This document shows, one piece after another, positions 48,006 to 63,276 of a DNA stretch of 64,000 bases. Source of the DNA: Selaginella moellendorffii (taxonomy: Eukaryota > Plantae > Lycopodiophyta). Position numbers and translations under genes: made by a program. Numbering within the stretch: the first letter of the stretch is position 1; each line of letters starts with the position of its first letter. The notes below the pieces were generated by a model. It was not told the origin of the DNA. It saw only the letters and a program-made list of their open reading frames with translations, and did not search any database. Location of the stretch: positions 1,843,549-1,907,548 of the forward strand of contig NW_003314280.1 in the NCBI RefSeq assembly GCF_000143415.4. The letters are read 5' to 3'.

Positions 48006-49777
48006 AACTACAACCTTGCCTTGAGTTGAGAGGCAACTCAATGGCATGAATTTCTCAAAAATAATATGTCAATTTATTGGTGACCAGCAATTGCTAGTCA
48101 AGGTTATCAAGGATTAGACAATAAAAGATTCCAAACGCTGGGCTCTTAGTGGCTTCAGGCCTCACACTACTCCTCATCACTGCAGCCCTTAGCAACAGGA
48201 TGACTCACTTCCCTTGGTTTGGGGATGTAAGTGCTCCAACACTAAAATTGGCTATATAGTTAGTCATATGGTTTGCAATTTGGTATATTGCATACTGTAA
48301 GTGGCAGAGTAGCCTTGTTGTTACGATCCGCTGAGGTTTATCCCTCTGTCCCACCGATTTGTCCCACCCACCGAAGGAATAGAGGTATTTAAGAAATTAT
48401 TTAAAGAGTTTTTACTACTGAATTATTCATGCATTATACCTTGGCTTTTGAAGAACAATTATGTAGTTTGCACTTGTCTTATTTAGCACAGTGTCTTGGC
48501 AATTAAATCGTTCAGCAGCTCATAATACCCATTACTGTCATATTGCAGGTAACATTAATTTAAGGTCTTCACCATCATAGGAAGTGGAATTGTCTTGATG
48601 TTGCACAGGAATTCGATGATCCCAAACAGACCCTCCTCCAAGCCAAAATTAAGTAAAAGCCATATAGCACCCCTCTATAATTTATTTTTTCAACTGTGGA
48701 ATTAAAGAGACAATGTGCCACGCCATGCCAAGCCACATTACCATATTCTGTGGCTGCCAAATTAGAGGTCCAATATTAATCTAAGAGGCAATAGACATTG
48801 ATTAAATCCAAATATCGATATATACCTAAAGGATTGAACCACTAGCTCTAAACTAGATTTATTTAGAGGACCCGGTATTAGCTAAAAGCTTTATTTCTAT
48901 TTTAATTGGTTTTATTTGGAAATTTTGTAGCATTAAAATATTAGCAAGGATATGTATGTGAATCCCATTTTGGTATAATTATTGTGTCTAGAAAATAGTT
49001 TTTGATGAGATTCATAAAGAACTAAATTACAATCATCTTGAAGTGAAATAATCTTATAAAATAGTTTTTTGAATTTTTATAATTAATTTTTGGGGACAAA
49101 ATTGTAACTGTTTTTCCAGAATACAAAATTATTTGTCCTATCTTCCTGTACTATGAACTCACAATTATGATAATTATGAAATCCTCTAAACCATTTTAGG
49201 ATATTATGCATATATAATGCTTGTCAAGGGTATAAATATATCCTTGATATTTAAAATTTTATCCATTATTAATTTAAATTTACTTTACCAATACAATTCT
49301 TTAGGTGCGTGCCAGCAATGCTCACTATAGTTGTGTGATCAATCTGCTAAGGGGTAAATTTGATGCAATGCTCCATACTAATTATTGTGTTATGTGATGT
49401 TTAGGACAAATGTGTCCTTTTCCCACTGGATAACAAAGGAAAAGCTCTTGGTTTTTCTTCCACAAAAAGGAAGCATGCTTCTTCCCCCCAAAATGACCAA
49501 ACTATTAATGCATCCACCCGTGGCAAATATACATGGGCCAAAACAAATAATGACAAAAAAAAGAGAAATGTTAAATAGGTATTTTAATCTTAAGCTTTAT
49601 GGGGACTGAAACAAAAGAAAAAAAAAAAAAAGAAAGCAGAGAGTAAAAAAAAAATACTAAGAAGCAGAGAGTATGATTGCTGGGCTGATTGAGAATGCTG
49701 GCTTGAGAATGTGGAGGTCACTCTTTTGGGAGCTGGAGGATTCATTGAGATGAAGAGAGATCTCGAGAAAAAGGTCT

Positions 49778-52700
49778 TCATGCTTTGGGAAACATACACT
49801 CCTCATACAAAGCCACGACTTCCTTCTTGGGCGTGTTGGAGCGCAGCTGCATCACCTTTGCGCCATACCCGGCCTCGGTCATCTCGTGTTTCATCTGCGC
49901 AACCGTGAGCTTGCGATAGTCACGCTGCTGGCTTTGTTGATTTTGGTTTTGCTGCTGCTGCTGCTGTTGCTCGGTGCTGGCATGATCGTCCATACTCTCC
50001 CCCGGAGTGAACCCCAGGCTACTACCATTGTCAAAGTTAAGGTCCAGGCGAGGCCTCTTGTTCCGCCCCAGGCTCTCGCTCGGCGGCGGCGTCATCTCCG
50101 GCTCCTTGTCATCCGACCCGCGCTTCCTCCTCCCCGACGACTCCGCCTGTGTTCGCAGCTTCGTCTCCAGCGCCGTCTCGTTCAGCCGGGACGTGGCCAG
50201 CTCGTGCTGGAACGAGTCGAGCTTCGCCTGGACGCCCTGGAGCTGGATTGACAGTGCCTCGGCCCTGCCGCTGGCTTCCGCGTGTGCTGCTCGCTCCGAC
50301 GTCAGTAGCCCCTCGAGGACGTGCGCTGTGCTGATCCTCTGCTCGTGAGCCTCCTGGAGCAGGACCTCCATCTCATGTTCCCGCTCTTCCAGGCGCCTCT
50401 CCAGGGACTGGCACTTGGTCGACGCATCCTGCTCCGCCACCTTTGCGGTTTCTAGCTCTTGCAACAAGCCCTCCTTCTCCCTGGCCAGGGCCTCGGCATG
50501 CCGCTCCGCCTTCTCTATGCCGGCCAGTCTCTCCATCGCCATCATTTGGTAGTGTTTCGACTCTTCGCGTAGAGCAACGAGCTCCTCTTCTTCCGCAAGC
50601 GCCTTGGCCTCGTGAGCCTGAAAGAACAGTTGCCGAGTTTAAGAAAAGTAAAAGAAACACGAAGAGCCCAACCTGCATGCGGGCCTTCAAATCAGTCACA
50701 AGGCGTTCGCTCTGCTCCAGCTTCGCGTTCGTCTCATTTAGTACAGTGTCCTGGCAGATGAAATTCAGAAAGATGGCAAAATACTCACATAGAAACAAAC
50801 CTTTTGCGACAACTTAGAGGCAAACTCGGTTCGCAGCGCATCTTCTCTCACTTGTTGTTGTTTGTTTCCACGTTCCCGAAGCGCATTGAACCGTTCAGCG
50901 GATGAGCGGGACTCATTGATCACAGAGTCATGTTTCCTCCGCCATTCGGCGGCCTCCTCCTTTGCCGAGTCGGCCTGCTCACGCGCAGCCGCCAGTCGTG
51001 CTTCCGCAGCACTACACCTGCTTTGAAGTGCCGAAAGCTCGGATCTTTGCCTCTCCTCCACTAGGCGTCGGTCCCCAGACGCATGCTCAAACTTTTTTTG
51101 CCACTCCAGGGCTTCCTTCAGCGCTACTTCCAGCTGCTGTGCAAGGCTAACCCGCTTCTCTTCTGACTTGCCAAGTTTACTCTGGAGACTTGCGTACTGG
51201 CCCGCCGAGAGCTCACTAGAAGATTTGTAGTCCGCTATGGCTGCTTCATACCTTCTCTTCCAGTCCATGGATTCTCTTTGCGCAGCTTCTATCTGTCGTC
51301 CGGTCAGTGCAAGCTTATCTTCCAGCGAACGGCATTTCAAATCGAGACTTGAAGCTTGTGATGCTGCTTGATGACTAATTTTCTTAAATAGATCGCTGAT
51401 TGATCCTTCCAAGCTGCAACAGACCAGAAGTTTTGTAAGGCCAAGTTCTAAGAAACATGTTACTCACCTCTGTTGAATAAATTTTACAAGTTTTTGCCAT
51501 TTGGCAGGTCCAAAAACCGATTTCTCGTATTGTACAATTAGCTCGTTTAATAACTGTAAAGCGCTTATAGTTATATTACAAAAAAAAAAGAAAAGAAAAA
51601 AAAAGAAAAAGAAAAAGTTACCTGCAATATCTGATCCAGGGAAGCATTTGGCGAGTGGCATGCCATTCTTAATTTATCATCCATGCCTTCAATCACTTTC
51701 ACGCATTTCAGCTCTGCTTCCATTGAAGACCTTTGCTTGTAGTCCTAAAAAGAAAGCTGATACGATGCATAAATGGAAAACAAATGTAAATACCTCGAAA
51801 TGCTTTCTTAGAGCCGTTTGCAGCTGTCTTTCATACTTTGACCTGATAGGACCCGCTCCGACAGCCTCAGCATTATACACAGAGAGAGAAGCTTGGAATG
51901 CTTTATCGTGTGCTTCTTGCAAAGCATTCTGTAAGACAAAATCGTAAACGATCTGACTTGAGTTCTAGTAATGGTTACCAGGTCTGGAGGTGTCGATTTA
52001 TCAAAGGACCTCATGTAAGTCTCCAACGCCACATCGTACGCACGGCGGCACTCATTCTCCTCAACATTCTGTACAGTAGAGAGAAAATAATCAAAGAGAA
52101 CAAAATGGGGCAAGCGTTACCTGCCATGATGTAGCAATTGTGGGGACAGCACCTGCGTTTATAGCGTCCAGAAAAGACTGTGTTAGACCTGCAAGCATGG
52201 GACCTGTCATCACAGTGGACCCAAGCTGTTTCGGCCTAGTTCTCTCGATAACGAATTTTGTGAGATGATCCAATCCAAGACGAAATTCAGATCGCATCTT
52301 CTCCATCTGTAGGCACTGTATGAGGAACGAACGACCGAAATAGCGACAACGTACTGGTAAAAGATCAAGTCTCTGGAGGTCATGCTCCTCATTCACGGGC
52401 CGCACAAGAGTGAAGCAATGCCTGTCTGGAAACAAAGCACGGATGGACTCTCGAATCTGGAAAAAGAAAATGGCACTAGCTTTGGACATAGTCAATCATA
52501 AGAAAACCTCGTTCTTGGCATAAATTGCTTTGCCACTTCCAGGCATTGGCTGCAGAGCGGACTCGAGGTATTCCCTGGGTGTAATCCTCCGTCCGTCTTC
52601 ATTAAGATCGAGATAGAAGTCCTACACATTACATATCAGAAGCTATAAGAAAATAACGTGAAACTCTCACCCTGAGCAACCAGAGAAAAACTGGAGAGAA

Positions 52701-53552
52701 CTGTCCAAGCTCGTCTGCAGTCGTAGTCTTTTGCGAAGCCCTGACGCGAATGTGCTTTGTCATTTCCGTTACCAGGGACAAACGATCCAAGGCAGCCTCG
52801 TCAATTCCTCCCATCTAGAAAGTCCATGGATAAGTTATCAGTAGTCGTTCTTTTTTCTTGGTTTCGTAAGAAGACGACACGTACTTGGTTGTAGACGAAC
52901 ATACTGGACAACAGCACCGCGAGTGAGAAGATCTGCGTGCTGTACGTTCCCTACATTGAAGAACAGAACGACGAGTTAAAAAAAAAAAGACCACAAGAAA
53001 AACCCAAAGAAACCAACATACCGTCTGATCATAAGAATCGATTCCTTCACTGTCGAGTAAGAGAAGATTATACTCCGTTCCATCCGGAGCAAACCTCTTG
53101 ATTGGAGCGCTCCACATCCAGAGTCCTTTGGTGCATGGTCGGTGAGTCGGACCCACTTGAAATCCGCTACTCCGGCCTAGCAGCTATGCGCTGGACGTAT
53201 TAAAAACAAGCACGATGGCAAAAGGAAAAGAAAACACTACACAGAGTTACACAAGCAAAAGTACCTGGTTTAAGATGAAGCTCTTCCCCTGCCGGGCTCG
53301 CCCACACACCGCCACCACGCCAATCGGCCCCTTGACCAGCTGCAATGCCGCCACGGCCTCAGCATCCATCCGAAATCTCCCCTTGTCATCGCAATAGACG
53401 AGCCGGATCGCCTTTGCCGGACCTGTGCCATTGGAAGCATTGGACGCTGGAGCCGCGGGCGGCGCTACCGCGGCGGTGGCCGGATCGAGCTCCACAATCC
53501 TCTTGGGTGTCCCTGGTGGAGCGCCGCCGCCGAAACCCAGCCTGCTAAACAT
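49778..53552 (-). CDS. GBPL3: Guanylate-binding protein-like GTPase (GBPL3-like) with long coiled coil, disordered region and C-terminal helical domain
   Basis: GRARQGKS P-loop, PCTKGLWMWS, LLDSEGID, FLWLLRDFYL; C-terminal DYRKLTVAQMKHEMT...KKEVVALYE. Confidence 0.9.
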
Positions 53553-54008
53553 CTCTAGCCCTGGAAACCTTCTAGGTCAGCTCAGCTGCCGGGATGCCCA
53601 GTCGCATTCTTTCTTGCCGGAAGCTTGTACCCGCGCGCCTTTGCTGCCCTAGAAACCACACCAATGGAAGGTTAAACGGATAAAAACGTTTTAGGGTGGA
53701 ATTTATACTCATCAGAAATGAATAAATTGTATCTTAACAAATAACAAATTAGTGTTGCTAAAAGAAAAATCATACTTTGTAACAAAGACGTTTAAAATTT
53801 ATAGATTTAAAATGATCTCTAATCATATTGATATGTTTTTATTTATTCTACAGTATGTGAATAATAAAATCCAATATTGAATTTATTTATATTATTTATT
53901 CTCTTATATGTACTAATGTCACAAATTGATAGAAACACTATTTCTAAGTATTTATTAAAATACTAAATTAGATTTATAAATTTTTAGTTTTTCTTCTCAA
54001 TATTGAGT

Positions 54009-54896
54009 ATGAATTTATTTATGTTTCTAATTTTTTTATACATCAACATTAATACAATTTTAAGCACTTATCAATATTATGGCCAAAATGTTATGGAAAT
54101 TGAAAGTGTTGATTTAATTTTATATGCAATGCAACTAATGATTAATAATATATCTTATGAACCCTTACCTAAAGGTCAAGGTATGCAATTTGAATATCAT
54201 ATACAAGATAATACTCATGGTTTATTAACAATTGTAAATCAATTATGGGTTTATGATAGTAAAGGAAAACAATATGATACATGTGCTGCAAACCCAAGTA
54301 ATTATGAACAAGACCATGGAAAAAATGTTCAAGATCGATTAAATTTTATATTAAATTTATATCGTTATGATATAAAAAGATTACGTGCAAATTATTTTCG
54401 AGCTGTTGTTGGTTATTATTGTGTTGAATATCTTGTAAAGAACTTTCGACAAGATTTACTATTTCAAGATGCCTATAAAATAAATAATTTAATTGATTGT
54501 GATATAAAAATAACCACATTCATTAGTAATATGCCAGCTAACTCTCTTAAACCATCCCAATTTTTAACATCACCAAATAAAAAAGCTTTATTATACTTAC
54601 ATTTAAATTGTATTTTATCATTATATATACATAATGATTTAAAATGGTACAAAGGATTTCAGGGTTATCAAAATTGTTTATTTATTATAGAAGAAGATGG
54701 GCATATAGTATTATATTCTGAAAATAAAAATATAATTTGGTCCCCAAAAATTAATTTTGATAGATCACATAATTATTTTATAAGATTTATTTCACTTCAG
54801 GATGATTGTAATTTAGTTCTTTATGAATCTCACCAGAAAGTTTTTTCAAAACATCCAATAGTTGAACCAAAATGGGCTTCACAAACATATTGCTAA
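54009..54896 (+). CDS. Secreted unknown-domain + bulb-type lectin protein, copy 2
   Basis: Same length as 42585-43472 with about 15 amino-acid differences; intact ORF. Confidence 0.85.
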   Translation: MNLFMFLIFLYININTILSTYQYYGQNVMEIESVDLILYAMQLMINNISYEPLPKGQGMQFEYHIQDNTHGLLTIVNQLWVYDSKGKQYDTCAANPSNYEQDHGKNVQDRLNFILNLYRYDIKRLRANYFRAVVGYYCVEYLVKNFRQDLLFQDAYKINNLIDCDIKITTFISNMPANSLKPSQFLTSPNKKALLYLHLNCILSLYIHNDLKWYKGFQGYQNCLFIIEEDGHIVLYSENKNIIWSPKINFDRSHNYFIRFISLQDDCNLVLYESHQKVFSKHPIVEPKWASQTYC

Positions 54897-55941
54897 TATA
54901 TACTACTTTATATTATTACATATATATATATATATATATATATTAAATTAATAAATTAACAATAATGTCTATTATGTTCTAACTATATCTACTAAATTCA
55001 TGCCATAACTCAGGTTATGGCATGCTAGGAATGATATGCTAGGCCATGAGCTATGCAAATGTTGGTAAACTAGGCTATTGCTTTAATAATTAAATAATAA
55101 TAATAATAAATCACTTAGTTTTGTCCATTAAAGCGTTGATCTAATTTTTGTGGGGACTCGACCTTGTTAATCCCCAGGTAGGCTGTTTCGACCAAAAGCC
55201 AGCTGATCAGCTGATCAAGCTGCAGTGGATCTTGCAGTTCTGTATGTGTTCCACACAAAAGCCCAGGCCTAGAAGAACCTAGCTTAAGAAGCATATACTC
55301 TGCCAGCTTTCTCATCTCATGCTAAAGCCATCAAGAATTACCTCTGCTACCACCATCTCCGCTTTCCACAATGAACTGTAAGGGACGAGCAACCAAAACC
55401 AATATGCCACACTAGTGATAGAACATGATCATCGTCCCCTCTACCAATCTGGATGTCGGGCATATAAAGTCCAGCGGATCGAACTGCGCTCTCTTTTTTA
55501 CACCAAGTCCAATCTTTGTGGCATAGTTAGCTCGTGCAGGGATGCGATCTTGATCTACATGACCTTGCTTGCGATAACCCTAATAGTAAAGATTGATTAG
55601 TTCGTGCGTGTAGCAGACTTGTTCCTCACTTGTTTTTGTTTGCGTCATCAAGTTGAACTTGTTATAATCTCCTTTCCTCTCTCTTTCTCTCAGGATCTTA
55701 AGATCGATCGAATTTCTCTCCTAGGTATCCCCTTTCTCTTTTGCTTTCCTCTCTTTCTTCGTTGTAAGTCGCTATCTTTGATCGTTTGGCTCACAGCTCG
55801 ATCCTTCTATTCCTAAAGTCTCTTATAGAGTGATGTGTCTTTGAAAGGATCCAACGAACCGCCCATTCACTCCAGGCATTGTTCCTCCACAATTCTCCGG
55901 AATTCTTTCATTGCGATCAAGAAGAGAAAGAACAGAAGGAG

Positions 55942-57475
55942 ATGGATCATCGGCCGGTGCTCGCGCGCGTGTTGATGGTGGCGATGGTGACCATCGCAGC
56001 GGCGCCGCCTCTGATCCACGCGCAGGATCGGCTCTCGAGAGATTTCTACTCCGCCAGCTGCCCCAACGTGGAATCCATCGTCACCACCACCATGAACAGG
56101 CTCTCGTCGGAAAACAACGTCGTCCCCATCGGGATGCTCCGCCTCTTCGCGCACGATTGCTTCGTGGAGGTGACTCCCGATCGATCAATACAAATTCGAA
56201 TTTTTCTTTGATCGAGCTCTCTTCTTTTGCGCAGGGATGCGACGCCTCGATCCTTCTCACAGGCGCGTCAACGGAGAGAGCTGCGACGGACAACCTGGAT
56301 TTCCCCCAGAATCCCTTCGACGCCATGGACGAGCTCAAGAAAACAGTGGAGGAATCGTGCCCGGGAGTCGTCTCGTGTGCCGACATCCTCGCGATGGCCA
56401 CCCGCGACGCGGTCACCTTTGTAAGTTTTCCACAATCTATCTCCATCCAATCCATATCCTTGCGAGGAGTTCTTCCACTCCTTTCTCTCCTATCTTCTCT
56501 CGGATCACCCCACACACATATGGATCACAAAAGCACACACGGATCGACTGCCATGCATCCTCTGTCTGTGCTGTCGGTTGCTCCCGGATTTGGCGAGTTC
56601 GTTGCGTTGTTCGACTGGCACTCACCCGGACTGACGCTCGCAAAACTTGTTCTTTTGTTTCTTTCTTCAGAGTGGCGGACCAAGCTGGACAGTCCTCAAG
56701 GGACGGCTCGACGGGACCATCTCACGCGAATCCCGCGTCGCCGGGCACTTGCCCGGCGCCGACTTCGACGTGGAGGAGCTCGAGTCCAATTTCGGCGCCC
56801 TGGGACTCTCTCTCGAGGACATGGTCGTCCTCTCAGGTACTTAAATAGAAACAAGCCCTCCCCCCTGTTTGCTCTCGATCCAATCCTCTCGTGGGCGATC
56901 GCAATTTCGCGAGAATTTTGCTCCTGCTGGAACCCAATACGATTCTCTAGCACCCCACATTCGCGATTTCTCGCCATCGCGCGGCCGAGACATATGCCCG
57001 AGCAGGGCATTCCCTGTTTTCTTCGTTGCAAATTCCCGCTGTTCTGGCATTGATCGTTTCTTTCTCGCGATCAGGGGCACACACGATTGGATTCTCTCAC
57101 TGCCACCAATTCACCAGTCGCCTCTACGGCTCCTCCGGCAGCGATCCCTCGCTCAGCCCCAGCTTCGTCAGCACCCTCCAGAAGCAATGCCCGCAATTCG
57201 GCGGCAATCCCACCACCGTCCAGGCGTTTGATATCAGCACCCCCTTCGCCTTCGACAACTTGTACTACAAGCACCTCCTCACGGACGAGGGCCTCTTGGT
57301 CTCCGACTCGACGCTCACCACCAGGAACGACACGCTCCGCCTCGTCAATCTCTTTGCCAACAGCCAGGAAGCGTTCTTCTCTGCGTTTGCGCGGTCGATG
57401 GTCCGGCTGGGATCCGTGGGTGTCAAGACGGGGTCGGGTGGCGAGATCAGGAGAGTTTGCTCCAGAGTCAACTGA
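55942..57475 (+). CDS. Class III secretory peroxidase, 4 exons
   Basis: Signal peptide; FYSASCPNVE, LRLFAHDCFVEGCDASILL, VSCADILAMATRD, LSGAHTIGFSHC, FDNLYY, GEIRRVCSRVN; classic three-intron pattern. Confidence 0.95.
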
Positions 57476-57700
57476 TTCCTCATCACCAGCTGAGCACCTC
57501 CATAGCTGTAAAGTCCAAATGGTTTTGTTTTCCTTCCTTTTTTTCTTCGTTTTTTTTTTCGATAAGCGGAACTAAGAGTTCCACCTGTATCAAAATGGTC
57601 AGAATAAACACGCAACAAGGGAGAAATAACTCGCTTTGCAAGCTACTTGTTCTTCGCTTGTCTCTTCTCTGGTGCCTTGAGTTGTTCTTCCTCGGCATAG

Positions 57701-60483
<2,783 letters not shown>

Positions 60484-62404
60484 AGAGGCCTGCTTCCTGA
60501 GAATTGGCGAAGACGAAGGTAGGCGGAGCAGAAGGAGAACTCTCGGCAGCAGTCAAAGAGCACATCTACGAGAAAAAGCTCATTTTATACCGCGCCTTAC
60601 ATCCTCATACCCCACGTATTTTGTGTACAGATTCCTGGCACTCCATTGGTACCCGCTCCTGATTACAGCAGAACAAAGGTTTTAGTAAGCGACTTTCCAA
60701 TAAAGACAGCAGCCAGTTTCATCATAATACATATCCACTGCACATCCCCAGCGAAAACACAACAACCAAAGTCCACGCAAGCTCACAGGCCAGTCAAAGC
60801 AAGATCTTAAACAAGCTTCTACTTGGCATCAAAACGCACCTGTACAGACATACGGCATGTAGTCGAAGCATTATTGCGCTTTCGCAGTATGGGGAAAAAG
60901 GCTTGTAGTTGGCTTGGTCTCAAAAAGACAAACAGGAAACGAGTGAGAAAGAACTCCGTCTGTACTCTTTCTCTCTCGGTCTGCAGCTTGTTTACCTCCA
61001 GATCACGCACACAAGCAAACATATAATGCAATGCAAGGGAAGAGCACGAGCAGGACAGGCAGAACGAAAGTAACGGGAGCTGATTACAATGCAAGTTCTG
61101 CGCACCAAGAAGGACACCAGTGCTTAAGCCCACCCCACATGAAACTTGAGGTAACTCACGCAGTGTACAAACAAAACTCGCCAGGAGGGGACGACGATGA
61201 CACTAAGACTAGAGTATCCTGCGAGACTAGCGCTTTCAATCACTCTTCTTAGGCTCGAGAGTTTGGGATCCAGCTGTAGCTTACGAACTAGATATTAAAT
61301 GGACTCACCAGGAAAAAAAAAGTACCTCTGGATCGAGAATGAAGCGAGACGATTGCATGGATCAGGTTCCATGGGAAAAGCTGAATTCTCCATCAGGCAA
61401 GCAGTGTGAGCGACGAGGATGGTGTCAGGGAGCGGCTTTAGCCGTAGCCAAAAAAAACAATTTCACCGAGAGGAAGGACGGCCCTGGTCAATCAAAGAAA
61501 ATCATGCGAAAGAATAAAGAGCTATAATTTAGTCACCTTGGTGAGAGGCAGTGGTGTGCAGAGGTGATTTCCTTTTTCCATCTTCGAGCACTCGTGAATG
61601 GCAAGAGTGGCCCAGCCTTGAACAGCTCCTCCAGCCCAGGAGAGCAGAGCCTTTGTTCATCCCGAGAAACTTTAGCTCTTGCAGCAGTGCTGCACAGGAA
61701 TAAAGCAGAGTAAAAACTACACTGGGAAGACAAAGGCACTCACTACTCAATTCACTCGCCACTGGAACCGAGAAAATGGATCGCCTCTCTTCTCCGCGAA
61801 TCTTATCGTACCTGGAAAAGAACGCGAAAAAGGGAGAAGGAAGGAAATGTAGGTACTTGCATCGATCGATTAAGCGCCACATCGCTCGCGCAAAGCCTCC
61901 TCCTCCGGTACTAAACCCTAAAATATCGCTTGCTCTGTTTTTTAGGGTTCTTGGAAGTCAAAGTAACTTTAAACTTTTTGGAGTGGAAGAATTGGGCAAG
62001 GGCGGGCGCGGGATCGTCCTTTGCTTTTGCAAACCTGGAGAATCCTAAGTGTGACCACGAACACTGTGTGCAACGGTATGCTAGTTCCTCTAGAATATAG
62101 TCCTTGATCAAGCGATGGGACATTCTGATCGATCAAATGGAAGAAGAAGATGTCAATGCGAGCCATGATTGTGGGAAATTGCGCTGCTAATCCAGCGCCG
62201 CGCTGTGCTTTGGTGCGTTGTTCTTCCTCTTCTTGGCTGGCGAATCATCGATTGAGCGACATGGATCGAGCAGAGTGGTGGGTTTTCGAGTTTTTGGCCT
62301 TTATCTCGCGCGCACAGTGTGTGTGTGTCAGATTAGTTTAGAAAGAAGATAGCGCGTGTTTGTTTGGTTGTGTTCTTGAGCCCAAAGCAAGAGTTTCTTT
62401 AGCT

Positions 62405-63019
62405 ATGGCCGAGAGATATTCGCTTCTTCCTCCAAGGATCTCCTATGGCCGCGGGGTTTGGGCTCCCGCGCCGCTGGAAGCCGCGCATACATTCCTCTCC
62501 AATCGCGCCAAATTGGATCCGGAAGACGATGCCTACTACAAGAAATTCATGTTCCGCAAGACAATGGTGGTGGTGGCGTGCCTCCTCGCGGCGGTGGTGG
62601 TGGTGGCGCACTGGAGCACGGCTGTGAGGTTCCTCCTCTTCCTGCTACGCAGATCCAGGAGATCCAGATCGTCAGCGAGGCGGGGAAGTGGCGGAGGGCA
62701 GGCGGCGGGGGAGGAGGAGGAGGAGGGCAATGAGGATCATGGAATGGTGGTGCTAGGGACATTCAAAGCGCAGCAAGAGGACGCGGATTCGCGGGCGCTC
62801 CGCCCGATCCAGATGGTCCAATTCGGCAACATGGGCAGCAGCCGCGGCGGGAGTAGCGGCGAGTGTATGATTTGCTTGAGCGAATTCCACAGCAGCGAGA
62901 AGATTGGGATGCTCCCGGATTGCGGCCATGGATTCCACCGCCCCTGCATTGAAATGTGGCTCTTCACGCACTCCAATTGCCCGATCTGCCGCCATAGCCT
63001 CGTGGAAGAGCAAGCCTGA
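62405..63019 (+). CDS. ATL-type RING-H2 E3 ubiquitin ligase, intronless
   Basis: Hydrophobic TM segment, basic patch, CMICLSEF......MLPDCGHGFHRPCIEMWL..HSNCPICR. Confidence 0.9.
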   Translation: MAERYSLLPPRISYGRGVWAPAPLEAAHTFLSNRAKLDPEDDAYYKKFMFRKTMVVVACLLAAVVVVAHWSTAVRFLLFLLRRSRRSRSSARRGSGGGQAAGEEEEEGNEDHGMVVLGTFKAQQEDADSRALRPIQMVQFGNMGSSRGGSSGECMICLSEFHSSEKIGMLPDCGHGFHRPCIEMWLFTHSNCPICRHSLVEEQA

Positions 63020-63232
63020 GAGAGAGAGAGAGAGAGAGATCACTCTTTGGGGAAACCAAAATCCCACGATTGCATCGAATTGATGGGCTCTTGGGCAGCT
63101 CCAATTTCTCGGTTTTCTCTTGGATCGATCGAGCGACCGAAATGTCGTAACTAGAATCTGGCCGGATCTGGTTTGTTTTTCCTGGCTGTGTGTCCAAGGG
63201 AATAAATGTATTGGAAAAAAGAGGGGGATGGT

Positions 63233-63266
63233 TTAGGGTTTAAGGGGCCTGGATTCTAGGGTTTTT
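63233..63266. promoter_or_regulatory. Telo-box elements upstream of RRP5
   Basis: TTAGGGTTT (63233-63241) and CTAGGGTTT (~63256) just upstream of the ATG; typical of plant ribosome-biogenesis genes. Confidence 0.6.
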
Positions 63267-63276
63267 AGAGAGCGCG

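Noticed and set aside
49925-49975. QQQQQQNQNQ tract in the GBPL gene resembling the SGT tail
   Set aside because: Low-complexity convergence; flanks are not homologous
60700-62350. Splice-like signals, telo-boxes and short ORFs between the subtilase and RING genes
   Set aside because: No coherent ORF or RNA family could be assembled; may be UTR or lncRNA
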